Made by a program: the position numbers and the translations under genes
Notes under the pieces: model-generated
What the model saw: only the letters and a program-made list of their open reading frames with translations
Told to the model about the DNA's origin: nothing
The model's database searches: none
Virus record (IMG/VR): IMGVR_UViG_3300020043_000524
Location: 1 to 29,971 of that record
DNA length: 29,971 bases
Reading direction: 5' to 3' (one strand)
DNA from: a virus
Lineage: Duplodnaviria > Caudoviricetes
Part shown: in pieces, positions 8,008-14,828 of the stretch
Layout: every line of letters starts with the position of its first letter
Numbering within the stretch: the stretch's first letter is position 1

Positions 8008-8162
8008 TACTTCACTCGCTCAACTTTGGTTGCAAGCAGCCATTTGTCTCCAAGGAAACGAATGGACTTGATCCACTGGCGACAGTTATGTCGTTGTGTG
8101 CTGACTGGCACACCTTGAACGCAGAACAGGCTGCGTACTTGTTTGAGGGCTTGTGTGTTCAT
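8007..8162 (-). CDS. Hypothetical 51-aa basic protein, first gene of the leftward arm
   Basis: MNTQALKQVRSLF...RQWIKSIRFLGDKWLLA. AGGAG RBS. Confidence 0.7.
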   Translation of the reverse strand: MNTQALKQVRSLFCVQGVPVSTQRHNCRQWIKSIRFLGDKWLLATKVERVK

Positions 8163-8188
8163 GGACTCTCCTAAGTTGTGGAGCCTCT

Positions 8189-8261
8189 ATTGTTACCTCA
8201 AAAAACATGGTTTTGTATAGGTGTTTTCCCTATGTTGACAATCGTTATTTTCGTGTACGCT
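8189..8261. promoter_or_regulatory. Divergent early promoter region with conserved box TAGGTGTTTTCCCTA (8218-8232)
   Basis: Leftward -10-like AACAAT (8189-8194) 23 nt from the box. Rightward TTGACA (8235-8240) and TACGCT (8256-8261), with a short 15-nt spacer. Confidence 0.6.
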
Positions 8262-8268
8262 TTGCGCT

Positions 8269-8448
8269 ATGAACACACATGAACAACATGAACGTATGGC
8301 TGTCGAGCCGTTGCTAGACTATGCAACATCGCTGGTTCAGCAATACACAAACCCGGATGACATGGAGGCTGCTACCAAAGCACTTCTGATCGTCACACTG
8401 GAACATATTTTTAACAGGAGAATCTACATTGAGCAAATTACACGCTAA
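8269..8448 (+). CDS. Hypothetical 59-aa protein (probably leaderless)
   Basis: MNTHEQHERMAVEPLLDYA...; ATG lies 7 nt after the -10-like TACGCT and has no RBS. Confidence 0.55.
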   Translation: MNTHEQHERMAVEPLLDYATSLVQQYTNPDDMEAATKALLIVTLEHIFNRRIYIEQITR

Positions 8449-8851
8449 GTTGTTTTACCTTGAGCAACTGAGCATAAACCCAAGCCATCACCGCATCATT
8501 GCAAACCGCATGGTTGAAAGATTTAGCGTGAGTCCAGCAATGGTCAAAGATGAACTGCTGGCTGATGGGTACATCAAGCTGGACAAGGTTGTTCGCATGG
8601 GCGAGACACGCAAGAACAATTACTTTTTTGTCTTGACTGGCAAAAAGTTTGTATATACAACTGAACCTGAAAAGCAAGTTTCCTCTGTAGGTTTCTGGCC
8701 TTGCGGCACAAAGAAGTCAACGGGCAATGCTTTTGATCTGTCAATGGCTAAGGGCTTGTTTAACAAGACAGAACTTGCGGCATCGGTAAACAAGGGCAAG
8801 CCAAACAACTACAACTCAACAGTGCAAATCATTGCCTACAGCCGAGCATGA
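8429..8851 (+). CDS. Hypothetical protein (possible winged-helix N-terminus)
   Basis: TTG start with AGGAG. 140-aa ORF. Confidence 0.6.
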   Translation: MSKLHAKLFYLEQLSINPSHHRIIANRMVERFSVSPAMVKDELLADGYIKLDKVVRMGETRKNNYFFVLTGKKFVYTTEPEKQVSSVGFWPCGTKKSTGNAFDLSMAKGLFNKTELAASVNKGKPNNYNSTVQIIAYSRA

Positions 8852-9039
8852 CATACAAGACAGATTCAAGCAGCCAGTGTGCTGGCAAAGACAAGCTGCC
8901 AACAAAAGAGCTGGCGCTGGTCATCGTTGGTCGCCGTAGAGATAACCCTATGGAGGCTTACAAGTGCCCTCATTGTGGGTACTGGCACGTTGGTCACGCA
9001 ACACCAAAGAAGCGAGACTTCAAGAGGTCGCCAAAATGA
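8848..9039 (+). CDS. Small zinc-finger protein
   Basis: CAGK...AYKCPHCGYWHVG. ATGA coupling. Confidence 0.7.
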   Translation: MTYKTDSSSQCAGKDKLPTKELALVIVGRRRDNPMEAYKCPHCGYWHVGHATPKKRDFKRSPK

Positions 9040-9254
9040 GCAAGGGAAGTTCACCAAGACCGTTCTCTGTAACCACAGAGGATTTTTTAGCCCGATGGGA
9101 AACCATCTTTTCTAAAGGAAAGTCAAATGTTAACAATGTTCCAGAAAAAACCAGTGGGCCAGATGGCTCGGCTCAAGCTGATCCTGTCACGCAAGGAGGG
9201 AGCAACAGCAGCGGAGATAGCACGTTACCTGCCGACAACCAGCCCCCACAGTAA
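9036..9254 (+). CDS. Small hypothetical protein (MSKGSSPRPFSV...)
   Basis: ATGA coupling and GAGG RBS. Its 3' part overlaps the next gene, so the C-terminal extension may be non-functional. Confidence 0.5.
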   Translation: MSKGSSPRPFSVTTEDFLARWETIFSKGKSNVNNVPEKTSGPDGSAQADPVTQGGSNSSGDSTLPADNQPPQ

Positions 9255-9351
9255 GCTGGCCCGTTTGGAGCGCGAACACCTGTGGACAGTGCTGCGTAAA
9301 GACAACGGCAACGGAACCAAACAATACTTTGGCAAGCCACCAAAGAAGTGA
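9127..9351 (+). CDS. Winged helix-turn-helix protein
   Basis: GATAAEIARYL...HSKLARLERE...; AAGGA RBS. Confidence 0.65.
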   Translation: MLTMFQKKPVGQMARLKLILSRKEGATAAEIARYLPTTSPHSKLARLEREHLWTVLRKDNGNGTKQYFGKPPKK

Positions 9352-9357
9352 TATAGT
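9329..9357 (+). promoter_or_regulatory. Sigma70-type promoter for the replication gene
   Basis: TTGGCA (9329-9334), 17-nt spacer, TGa-TATAGT (9352-9357). Confidence 0.6.
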
Positions 9358-9362
9358 ATTGT

Positions 9363-9429
9363 GAAACACGGCTAGGTTGGGATTTGCTCCCCGACCGAAA
9401 AGGGTTACCCCTTCCCCTGCCGCAGTTTC
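9363..9429 (+). ncRNA. Candidate three-way-junction leader RNA upstream of the replication initiator
   Basis: CGGC(U)AG/CUGCCG, GUUGGG/CCCGAC and AAGGG-UUAC-CCCUU stems, closed by GAAAC/GUUUC. Confidence 0.45.
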
Positions 9430-9458
9430 TTCAAAGGGGCTTGAAAAAGCGGGAAATC

Positions 9459-10259
9459 ATGCACTACTACCAGCACCACATTGGTGACTTTATAAAAGCC
9501 ACTGCGCGTCTGTCTGACTCTCAGGCAATGGGCTATTTACGTTTGTTGTGGATGTACTACGACAGCGAAAAGCCTCTCAATAAAGATGTTGAGGTTCTTG
9601 CATTTCAGATAGGTGCAACGATTGAAGACACGAATTTATTGTTGAGAAGTTTTTTTGTTTTCCGTGAGACTGGTTGGCATCAAACACGTTGCGACAATGA
9701 AATTCAAGAATACCGCGAGTTTCTTGATAAGAAATCTAACGCTGGTAAAGCATCTGCTCAACGCCGGAAGAACATTAGTTCAACAGATGTTCAACAGGTG
9801 TTAAACAGTTGTTCAACTGTTGAGCAACTAACCACTAACCAACAACCACTAACCAATAACCATAAACCAAAGAGAGAGAGCGCAACAGTCGTTGCTTGCC
9901 CTCTTGATGTTTCAGAACAAGTTTGGCAAGACTGGTTGGCACTGCGTAAAGCAAAGAAGGCTTCCGTTACTGCAACGGTTCTTGAAGGCGCAAGGAAAGA
10001 GGCTTTCAAACTTGATTGGCCTTTAGAGAAGTTTCTTGCTGAATGGTGTACCCGTGGCAGTCAAGGATTGAAGGCCGAGTGGATAGCTCCAAAACCATCC
10101 TTTGCCCAGCAAGCTGCTGACGTTGCCCGATCAACAGTCCCCGCCAAGAACACTGGCCCTGATCCTGTCCTGCTGAAGATTGAGGCTGATCGACAAAGGG
10201 CTGCTCCAATGCCTGACCACATCCGTCAGCAAATCAACTCTGTGCTGAGAAAAGTATGA
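9459..10259 (+). CDS. Replication initiator, DUF1376/YdaU family
   Basis: MHYYQHHIGDF...YLRLLWMYYDSEKPL N-terminus. VWQDWLALRKAKKA...W C-terminal domain. Internal iterons. Confidence 0.85.
   Translation: MHYYQHHIGDFIKATARLSDSQAMGYLRLLWMYYDSEKPLNKDVEVLAFQIGATIEDTNLLLRSFFVFRETGWHQTRCDNEIQEYREFLDKKSNAGKASAQRRKNISSTDVQQVLNSCSTVEQLTTNQQPLTNNHKPKRESATVVACPLDVSEQVWQDWLALRKAKKASVTATVLEGARKEAFKLDWPLEKFLAEWCTRGSQGLKAEWIAPKPSFAQQAADVARSTVPAKNTGPDPVLLKIEADRQRAAPMPDHIRQQINSVLRKV
9771..9870. repeat. Probable replication origin: four 11-bp iterons plus six 7-bp repeats
   Basis: AACATTAGTTC, AACAGATGTTC, AACAGGTGTTA, AACAGTTGTTC (9771-9814), then TAACCAC/TAACCAA/CAACCAC/TAACCAA/TAACCAT/AAACCAA (9829-9870). 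Confidence 0.7.
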
Positions 10260-10543
10260 GGCCGACACGACAGCAAAGAATCAGGGATTGCCTTAGAAGC
10301 CATGAGGACGGGCTAACAAGGCAAGAGCTATCCGATGCCCTAGGAATCCATATTGCTAACGTCAAAACCGCGATTAAGGGTATGCCTGACGTTTATGTTG
10401 ACCGATGGACAAGAGGAAGGCGCAATGCTTTACAAAAGGTTTATTGCGCCGTAAAGGTTCCTGAAGACTGCCCACATCCAAAGGATCAAGTGTTCCGTGG
10501 TGGCTGCGGTAGACCAAAAACTGTTTGGGTAACTATCCAATGA
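10256..10543 (+). CDS. HTH DNA-binding protein
   Basis: DGLTRQELSDALGIHIANVKTAIKGM. Confidence 0.65.
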   Translation: MRPTRQQRIRDCLRSHEDGLTRQELSDALGIHIANVKTAIKGMPDVYVDRWTRGRRNALQKVYCAVKVPEDCPHPKDQVFRGGCGRPKTVWVTIQ

Positions 10544-10707
10544 CAAGAACACACGCACTGAAGAAATTGCTTGAGCATGGCGGGTTGACTCGCCGTGAGA
10601 TTGTTGAGATTACTGGCTGGAAAGAAAAGCAAGTCCACTTCACGCTGGCTTACTTGGCGCAAATCAACGCAATCAAAAAACAAGAGAAATTGTGGATATT
10701 AGGGTAA
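10540..10707 (+). CDS. Small winged-HTH protein
   Basis: MTRTHALKKLLEHGGLTRREIVEITGW...; ATGA coupling. Confidence 0.65.
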   Translation: MTRTHALKKLLEHGGLTRREIVEITGWKEKQVHFTLAYLAQINAIKKQEKLWILG

Positions 10708-10713
10708 TCACGA

Positions 10714-10926
10714 ATGGCTTACAGCAGGAAAACCATATCCAATGAGGGTGACAGATACATGATTGAGCTTGGTGAAGCGCGAGTCTTGTTCAGGACTTAC
10801 GAATCAACAGGCCAAAGGGTGTTAACGCCTGTTCGCATGGAGTGGATTGAAAAGACCTACGGAACGGGCGCTGTTGTGAGGATTCGTGAGTACATGAAGA
10901 AATTACAAAGTGGTGAACTTGAATGA
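10714..10926 (+). CDS. Hypothetical protein
   Basis: 70-aa ORF within the operon, coupled to rusA. Confidence 0.6.
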   Translation: MAYSRKTISNEGDRYMIELGEARVLFRTYESTGQRVLTPVRMEWIEKTYGTGAVVRIREYMKKLQSGELE

Positions 10927-11339
10927 CATTTCAATTGATCTTTAGCGTGGAGGGCGACCCTGTTGGCAAACAACGCCCAAGGTTTACAAAGACTGGCCGC
11001 ACCTACACACCAAAAAAGACTTATGACTACGAAGGAATGATTGCAGACAAGGCAATGATAGCGATGGGGCCAGCAACGCCCCTAGAGACGCCTGTAGCGG
11101 TCTATATCTACATCAACCATGTTATCCCCGCCAGTTACTCAAAAAAGCGCAAGGAAGCCTGTTTAAGTCGTTTGGAGCGTCCCAAGAAGCCTGATCTTGA
11201 TAACGTGGCAAAAGCGTATCTTGATGCAATGAACGGGATTGTCTACAAGGATGACGTTCAGGTTGTCAGCCTTCATGTGACAAAGCGGTACGACACGATT
11301 GCCAGCGTCCATGTTTGTGTGAGGGAGGAGCTGGAGTGA
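10923..11339 (+). CDS. rusA: RusA-family Holliday junction resolvase
   Basis: GDPVGKQRPRF...KKPDLDNVAKAYLDAMNGIVYKDDVQV. Confidence 0.92.
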   Translation: MTFQLIFSVEGDPVGKQRPRFTKTGRTYTPKKTYDYEGMIADKAMIAMGPATPLETPVAVYIYINHVIPASYSKKRKEACLSRLERPKKPDLDNVAKAYLDAMNGIVYKDDVQVVSLHVTKRYDTIASVHVCVREELE

Positions 11340-12067
11340 TTCATTATCACGGTATGCCGATTACGCCAGCTACTGCGGCTGTTGCTGCTGTTCAAGCAGG
11401 GCATGGATTTATTTCTTTCCAGCACCCAGATCAGCTTGGGGTAGCTGCTGAAGTCTGTCAATCTTTTGCTGTTGACAATGGTGCTTTTAGCGCATGGAAA
11501 AGTGGCAACCCAACAACTGATTGGTCTGACTTTTATGAATGGGCATTTGCTTGCAAAAAGATGCCTAATTGCGACTTTGCTGTCATCCCTGATGTGATTG
11601 ATGGCACTGAGGAAGACAACAACAAACTTGTTCGTGCTTGGCCTTTGGGTAAATTCTTTGGCGCACCTGTTTGGCATATGCACGAATCAATGAGTCGGCT
11701 TTCTTGGCTTGCCAGAGAATTTCATAGAGTGTGCATTGGTTCATCTGGTGAGTTTTCAGAGATTGGAAATTCAAAGTGGTGGGGAAGAATGGCAGAAGCA
11801 ATGAATGTTGTTTGCCACGATGGTTCTCCAATTTGCAAACTTCACGGTTTAAGGATGCTTGATCCTGAAGTTTTTACTAAGTTGCCATTTGCATCTGCTG
11901 ACAGCACCAACATTGGCCGCAACATTGGGATTGATAACAATTGGAAGAATGGAAATTACCCGCCACCAACTAAAGAAGCAAGAGCAATGGTTATGAGGCA
12001 AAGGATTGAGGCTCATAACTCAGCACAAAAATGGATAAAACAACCAATTCAAGAAACACTTTTATGA
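11336..12067 (+). CDS. TGT-fold (queuine tRNA-ribosyltransferase / DpdA-like) base-exchange enzyme, putative
   Basis: GTGA-coupled start (IHYHG). Motifs VDNGAFS, IPDVI, PVWH, LHGL and SADST occur in the order of the TGT DSGGF / D / HxxG / catalytic D motifs. Adjacent to a VUT transporter. Confidence 0.65.
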   Translation: MIHYHGMPITPATAAVAAVQAGHGFISFQHPDQLGVAAEVCQSFAVDNGAFSAWKSGNPTTDWSDFYEWAFACKKMPNCDFAVIPDVIDGTEEDNNKLVRAWPLGKFFGAPVWHMHESMSRLSWLAREFHRVCIGSSGEFSEIGNSKWWGRMAEAMNVVCHDGSPICKLHGLRMLDPEVFTKLPFASADSTNIGRNIGIDNNWKNGNYPPPTKEARAMVMRQRIEAHNSAQKWIKQPIQETLL

Positions 12068-12549
12068 AAACAGCAATCGCAATTTACGCTTTGGCAATGA
12101 CTGCCGCAAACTTGTCAATTTCGAATTTCGGTCCTTGGGTATCTCCGATCAACTCTTTTTTGTTTATTGGTCTTGATTTGGCTTTGCGTGACTTATTGCA
12201 CCAGAAGTTAAAAGCATGGCAAATGGGATGCTTGATTGTTGGAACTGGTTTGCTAACATACATCTTGAACCCTGCCGCTGGAATGATTGCTATTGCATCT
12301 GCTGTGTCTTTTACCGCAGCATCTGTTGTTGATTGGGTTGCTTTTGCAAAACTGACAGGAACATGGATCAAACGAGCAAACGGCAGCAACATTGCTGGCG
12401 CTGCTGTTGACAGTGTAGTTTTCCCAACATTGGCCTTTGGTGTTTTGATGCCTCAAATCGTTGCAATGCAGTTTGTCGCAAAAGTGGCTGGTGGTGCTGT
12501 TTGGGCTTATGTGATTTCAAAGGTTAACAATGAAGATCACACTGCATAA
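12064..12549 (+). CDS. VUT (Vut_1 / YhhQ-like) queuosine-precursor transporter
   Basis: Multi-TM protein with AANL...LRDLL...ASAVSF...VDW...SNIAGAAVDSVVFPTLAFG motifs. Confidence 0.75.
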   Translation: MKTAIAIYALAMTAANLSISNFGPWVSPINSFLFIGLDLALRDLLHQKLKAWQMGCLIVGTGLLTYILNPAAGMIAIASAVSFTAASVVDWVAFAKLTGTWIKRANGSNIAGAAVDSVVFPTLAFGVLMPQIVAMQFVAKVAGGAVWAYVISKVNNEDHTA

Positions 12550-12940
12550 CGCACAGCAAGGCCACACGGTCCTGAAAGACATTTGGCAAAAGGCCAAGCC
12601 TTACCTGATTGCTGGCAACAAGCTGGTGCTGACGATTGAGAAAGAATCTAAAAGCCGTGACCAAGAAGAGATGTATCACGCCATCATTGGACACATTGCA
12701 AAGCAAGCCAGTCACTTAGGTGCAAAGTGGTCAACAGAGGATTGGAAGCGTTTTCTGGTTTGGCAGTTTGCAAAAGAAGTTGGTATAAGCACTGGAAAGC
12801 TAGTTCCAAGTCTTGATGGCACTGGCATTGTTCAGCTTGGACTGCAAACAAGGAAGTTTAAAAAAGACGAGTCGAGCCAGTTTATTGAGTGGCTTTTTGC
12901 TTGGGGTGCAGAAAACGGGGTGACTTTTGACGAAAGATGA
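12530..12940 (+). CDS. ninB: NinB-family recombination protein
   Basis: SRDQEEMYHAIIGHIAKQ...EDWKRFL...VPSLDG...TRKF...FIEWLFAWGAENGV. Confidence 0.8.
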   Translation: MKITLHNAQQGHTVLKDIWQKAKPYLIAGNKLVLTIEKESKSRDQEEMYHAIIGHIAKQASHLGAKWSTEDWKRFLVWQFAKEVGISTGKLVPSLDGTGIVQLGLQTRKFKKDESSQFIEWLFAWGAENGVTFDER

Positions 12941-13220
12941 AAAAGCCCACAAGCAAGCCGTGGCCGAACTTGGTTGCGCTTTGTGCCATCACTTACATGG
13001 CGACCATGATCCTGCCCCTGTAGAACTTCACCATTTGAGAGAAGGCGGTTGGGGCAAAGGCGGCTACATGACCTTGATACCACTGTGCGCTGAACACCAC
13101 CGAGGCAACACTGGATTTCACGGTCTTGGAAGCAAAGGGTTTGTCAAGCACTACGGCATCACACAACAAGAGTTGCTTGATTGGACGCTTATGAGGGTTT
13201 CCACTAATACACAAAGCTGA
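12927..13220 (+). CDS. Ref-like (recombination enhancement) HNH nuclease
   Basis: LGCALC...VELHH...LIPLCAEHHRG...FHG. Confidence 0.75.
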   Translation: MTKDEKAHKQAVAELGCALCHHLHGDHDPAPVELHHLREGGWGKGGYMTLIPLCAEHHRGNTGFHGLGSKGFVKHYGITQQELLDWTLMRVSTNTQS

Positions 13221-13236
13221 TCTGCAAGAGCAAAAT
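13193..13236 (+). promoter_or_regulatory. Box promoter: GAGGGTTTCCACTA, 24 nt, CAAAAT
   Basis: Same architecture as the sites at 8218, 14679 and 18067. Followed by AAGGA and ATG 13263. Confidence 0.55.
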
Positions 13237-13262
13237 AAAGGCTCATTAACCAAGGAATCAAT

Positions 13263-13493
13263 ATGACGGAATTTGAATACAGCACAACTTTGAACGGTGG
13301 CGTAATAACTGTTGTGATGAACATAGAAGAAATTACTGACGAAGATGGCACTGACTTTGTGACATCGCTGGACGCTGTTTACTACGACTGCACAGATGTG
13401 ACAGGCATCTTGTCCAAAGAACAACTGACAGCTTTGGAGATGGAAGCGGAAGCCGCCATGTCTGATTACAGCTTTGAGCAGAGAAACGTATGA
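13263..13493 (+). CDS. Acidic hypothetical protein
   Basis: AAGGA RBS. D/E-rich, 76 aa. Confidence 0.65.
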   Translation: MTEFEYSTTLNGGVITVVMNIEEITDEDGTDFVTSLDAVYYDCTDVTGILSKEQLTALEMEAEAAMSDYSFEQRNV

Positions 13494-13660
13494 CAAGAGA
13501 ACAATTGCGCGAAGAGTTCATGCAAGACTCTCAAGCCTACTGCTGCTACTGTGGCAATGCTCAAACCAGTTTTGGCTGCTGTGGTGAAAACCACTTTGAA
13601 ACATTTGCTGAGATGGACGATAAAAGGCAACAAGAATTTTTGAATGCGGAGATGCCATGA
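13490..13660 (+). CDS. Small Cys-rich protein
   Basis: MTREQLREEF...YCCYCG...GCCGENHF. ATGA coupling at both ends. Confidence 0.65.
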   Translation: MTREQLREEFMQDSQAYCCYCGNAQTSFGCCGENHFETFAEMDDKRQQEFLNAEMP

Positions 13661-13842
13661 AGACCCATCTCTACACATACATCGCCATCGCCATCTGGGC
13701 TGTGGCTTCTGTGCTGGTGCTGCTGTACGCACCGAGGACGAACTACAAACGCATCGACTGCTCACAAGCGGAGTTTCACCCCGACTTCACGGCTGAGATG
13801 AAAGAACAGTGCCGCATGATGCGGTCTGGGAGGTTGCTATGA
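13657..13842 (+). CDS. Small membrane protein
   Basis: N-terminal TM, then DCSQAEFHPDF...EQCR. Confidence 0.6.
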   Translation: MKTHLYTYIAIAIWAVASVLVLLYAPRTNYKRIDCSQAEFHPDFTAEMKEQCRMMRSGRLL

Positions 13843-14165
13843 GAAGCGCAATTGAAATGGCAAAAGAAGCTGGCTTCATGCTGAGAGCCGAGTCTGTAAA
13901 AGGACAAAGCGATTGGTGGGAATGTTTTGACGAGGCAATTGAAAAACTTGTTGCCCTTGTTCGTGCTGATGAGCGACTGGTCGCGCAAGCAGAGAGCGAA
14001 GCCGACAAGGTCATCATTGAGTACCACGAAGCAACGATCAAACGGCTGGAGGCCGAGATACTGGCAGAGCGTGAGGCGTGTGCAAAGGTGTGTGAAGAAT
14101 ATGCAGATGATGTTCGCACAGGTGTTACTTGCGCCAAAGCCATCCGAGCAAGGGGAAACACATGA
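13839..14165 (+). CDS. Hypothetical phage protein (AEREACAK...AIRARG family)
   Basis: GGGAGG RBS, ATGA coupling, characteristic C-terminal motif. Confidence 0.7.
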   Translation: MRSAIEMAKEAGFMLRAESVKGQSDWWECFDEAIEKLVALVRADERLVAQAESEADKVIIEYHEATIKRLEAEILAEREACAKVCEEYADDVRTGVTCAKAIRARGNT

Positions 14166-14245
14166 GGCCAGACAGCCCCTGCATAGCAATCTGTACAACC
14201 CTGTATGACGAGGTTTGCAAGGCCGTGGAAACAGGGATCAGATAG
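14162..14245 (+). pseudogene. Truncated DUF1289-like Cys protein (MRPDSPCIAICTTLYDEVCK...)
   Basis: SPCxxxC...C start, but the expected GCGR continuation is missing and a stop follows after 27 codons. Confidence 0.5.
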
Positions 14246-14574
14246 ATGTCCTGATTGCCGCACTGAATATGTGTGAGGCATACGCCGTTCACGGAAAAGG
14301 AAAAGATTGGTTGCCAGAGATTAACGAAGCACAAGATGCGCTGTATCACATGGCACAAAGAGGCGTGAACACGGAGAAGTTCTTATTCCGTGGTCCGGAG
14401 ATGCAAGCCGTGAACTTGGCTATGGAGGTACATGACCGCCAACTTGAAGAGTCAACGGTATCCATGCTGGAGAAGATGACTGACTTTGTGACAAAGCAGA
14501 TCATCCTCAAGAGGGCAAGACCGATTGTTAAACAAGAACGTCAAAGTAAGCCAGAGCAAATGCTGCCAGCGTAA
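14215..14574 (+). pseudogene. Probably 5'-truncated hypothetical phage protein
   Basis: Begins at a TTG inside the DUF1289 remnant. Reads like the C-terminal part of a longer protein (QGRGNRDQIDVLIAALNM...). Confidence 0.45.
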
Positions 14575-14623
14575 AGCCAAGACCGACTGCCAAGGTAATG
14601 TCTGCGATTGTTTCTTTGTTCAT
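14528..14623 (-). CDS. 31-aa single-TM peptide, antisense to the operon
   Basis: MNKETIADITLAVGLGFTLAAFALAYFDVLV. AGGAG RBS. Own box promoter. Confidence 0.7.
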   Translation of the reverse strand: MNKETIADITLAVGLGFTLAAFALAYFDVLV

Positions 14624-14649
14624 GGTGAACTCCTGTTGTTGATGGCTCA

Positions 14650-14697
14650 ATCGTAAAACAAAAAAAAGTTGCTGGCATTAGTAAAAACCCTTAGAAT
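14650..14697. promoter_or_regulatory. Overlapping divergent promoters around box TAGTAAAAACCCTT (14679-14692)
   Basis: Leftward TACGAT (14650-14655) 23 nt from the box. Rightward TTGCTG (14669-14674), 17 nt, TAGAAT (14692-14697). Confidence 0.6.
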
Positions 14698-14703
14698 TTT
14701 TGC

Positions 14704-14827
14704 ATCGCTTGGAGGCGATAATTCAATCTAGTAGGCCCAAGAAGGCAGTCTGCATGGTACTAGCCATGTCCTCCAACATCGAAAGATGAGACTGTCCTCT
14801 TGGGCTTTTTTTTGGCTTGGAGGCCAA
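14704..14827 (+). ncRNA. C4/P4-CI-like antisense RNA with flanking target boxes and terminator
   Basis: 18-bp stem 14734-14751/14789-14806 followed by a U-run. Inner stems GCAUGG-UACUAG-CCAUGU and CAUC-GAAA-GAUG. Junction CCUCCAA is complementary to UUGGAGG at 14709 and 14817. Confidence 0.65.
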
Positions 14828-14828
14828 C

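Noticed and set aside
9400-9413. AAGGGTTACCCCTT as another promoter box
   Set aside because: No -10 hexamer 22-24 nt downstream. It is better explained as a stem of the leader RNA.
9771-9870. Short tandem repeats as a possible CRISPR or DGR element
   Set aside because: Units are 7-11 bp with no spacers, and there is no cas or reverse transcriptase gene in the window. An origin explains them better.
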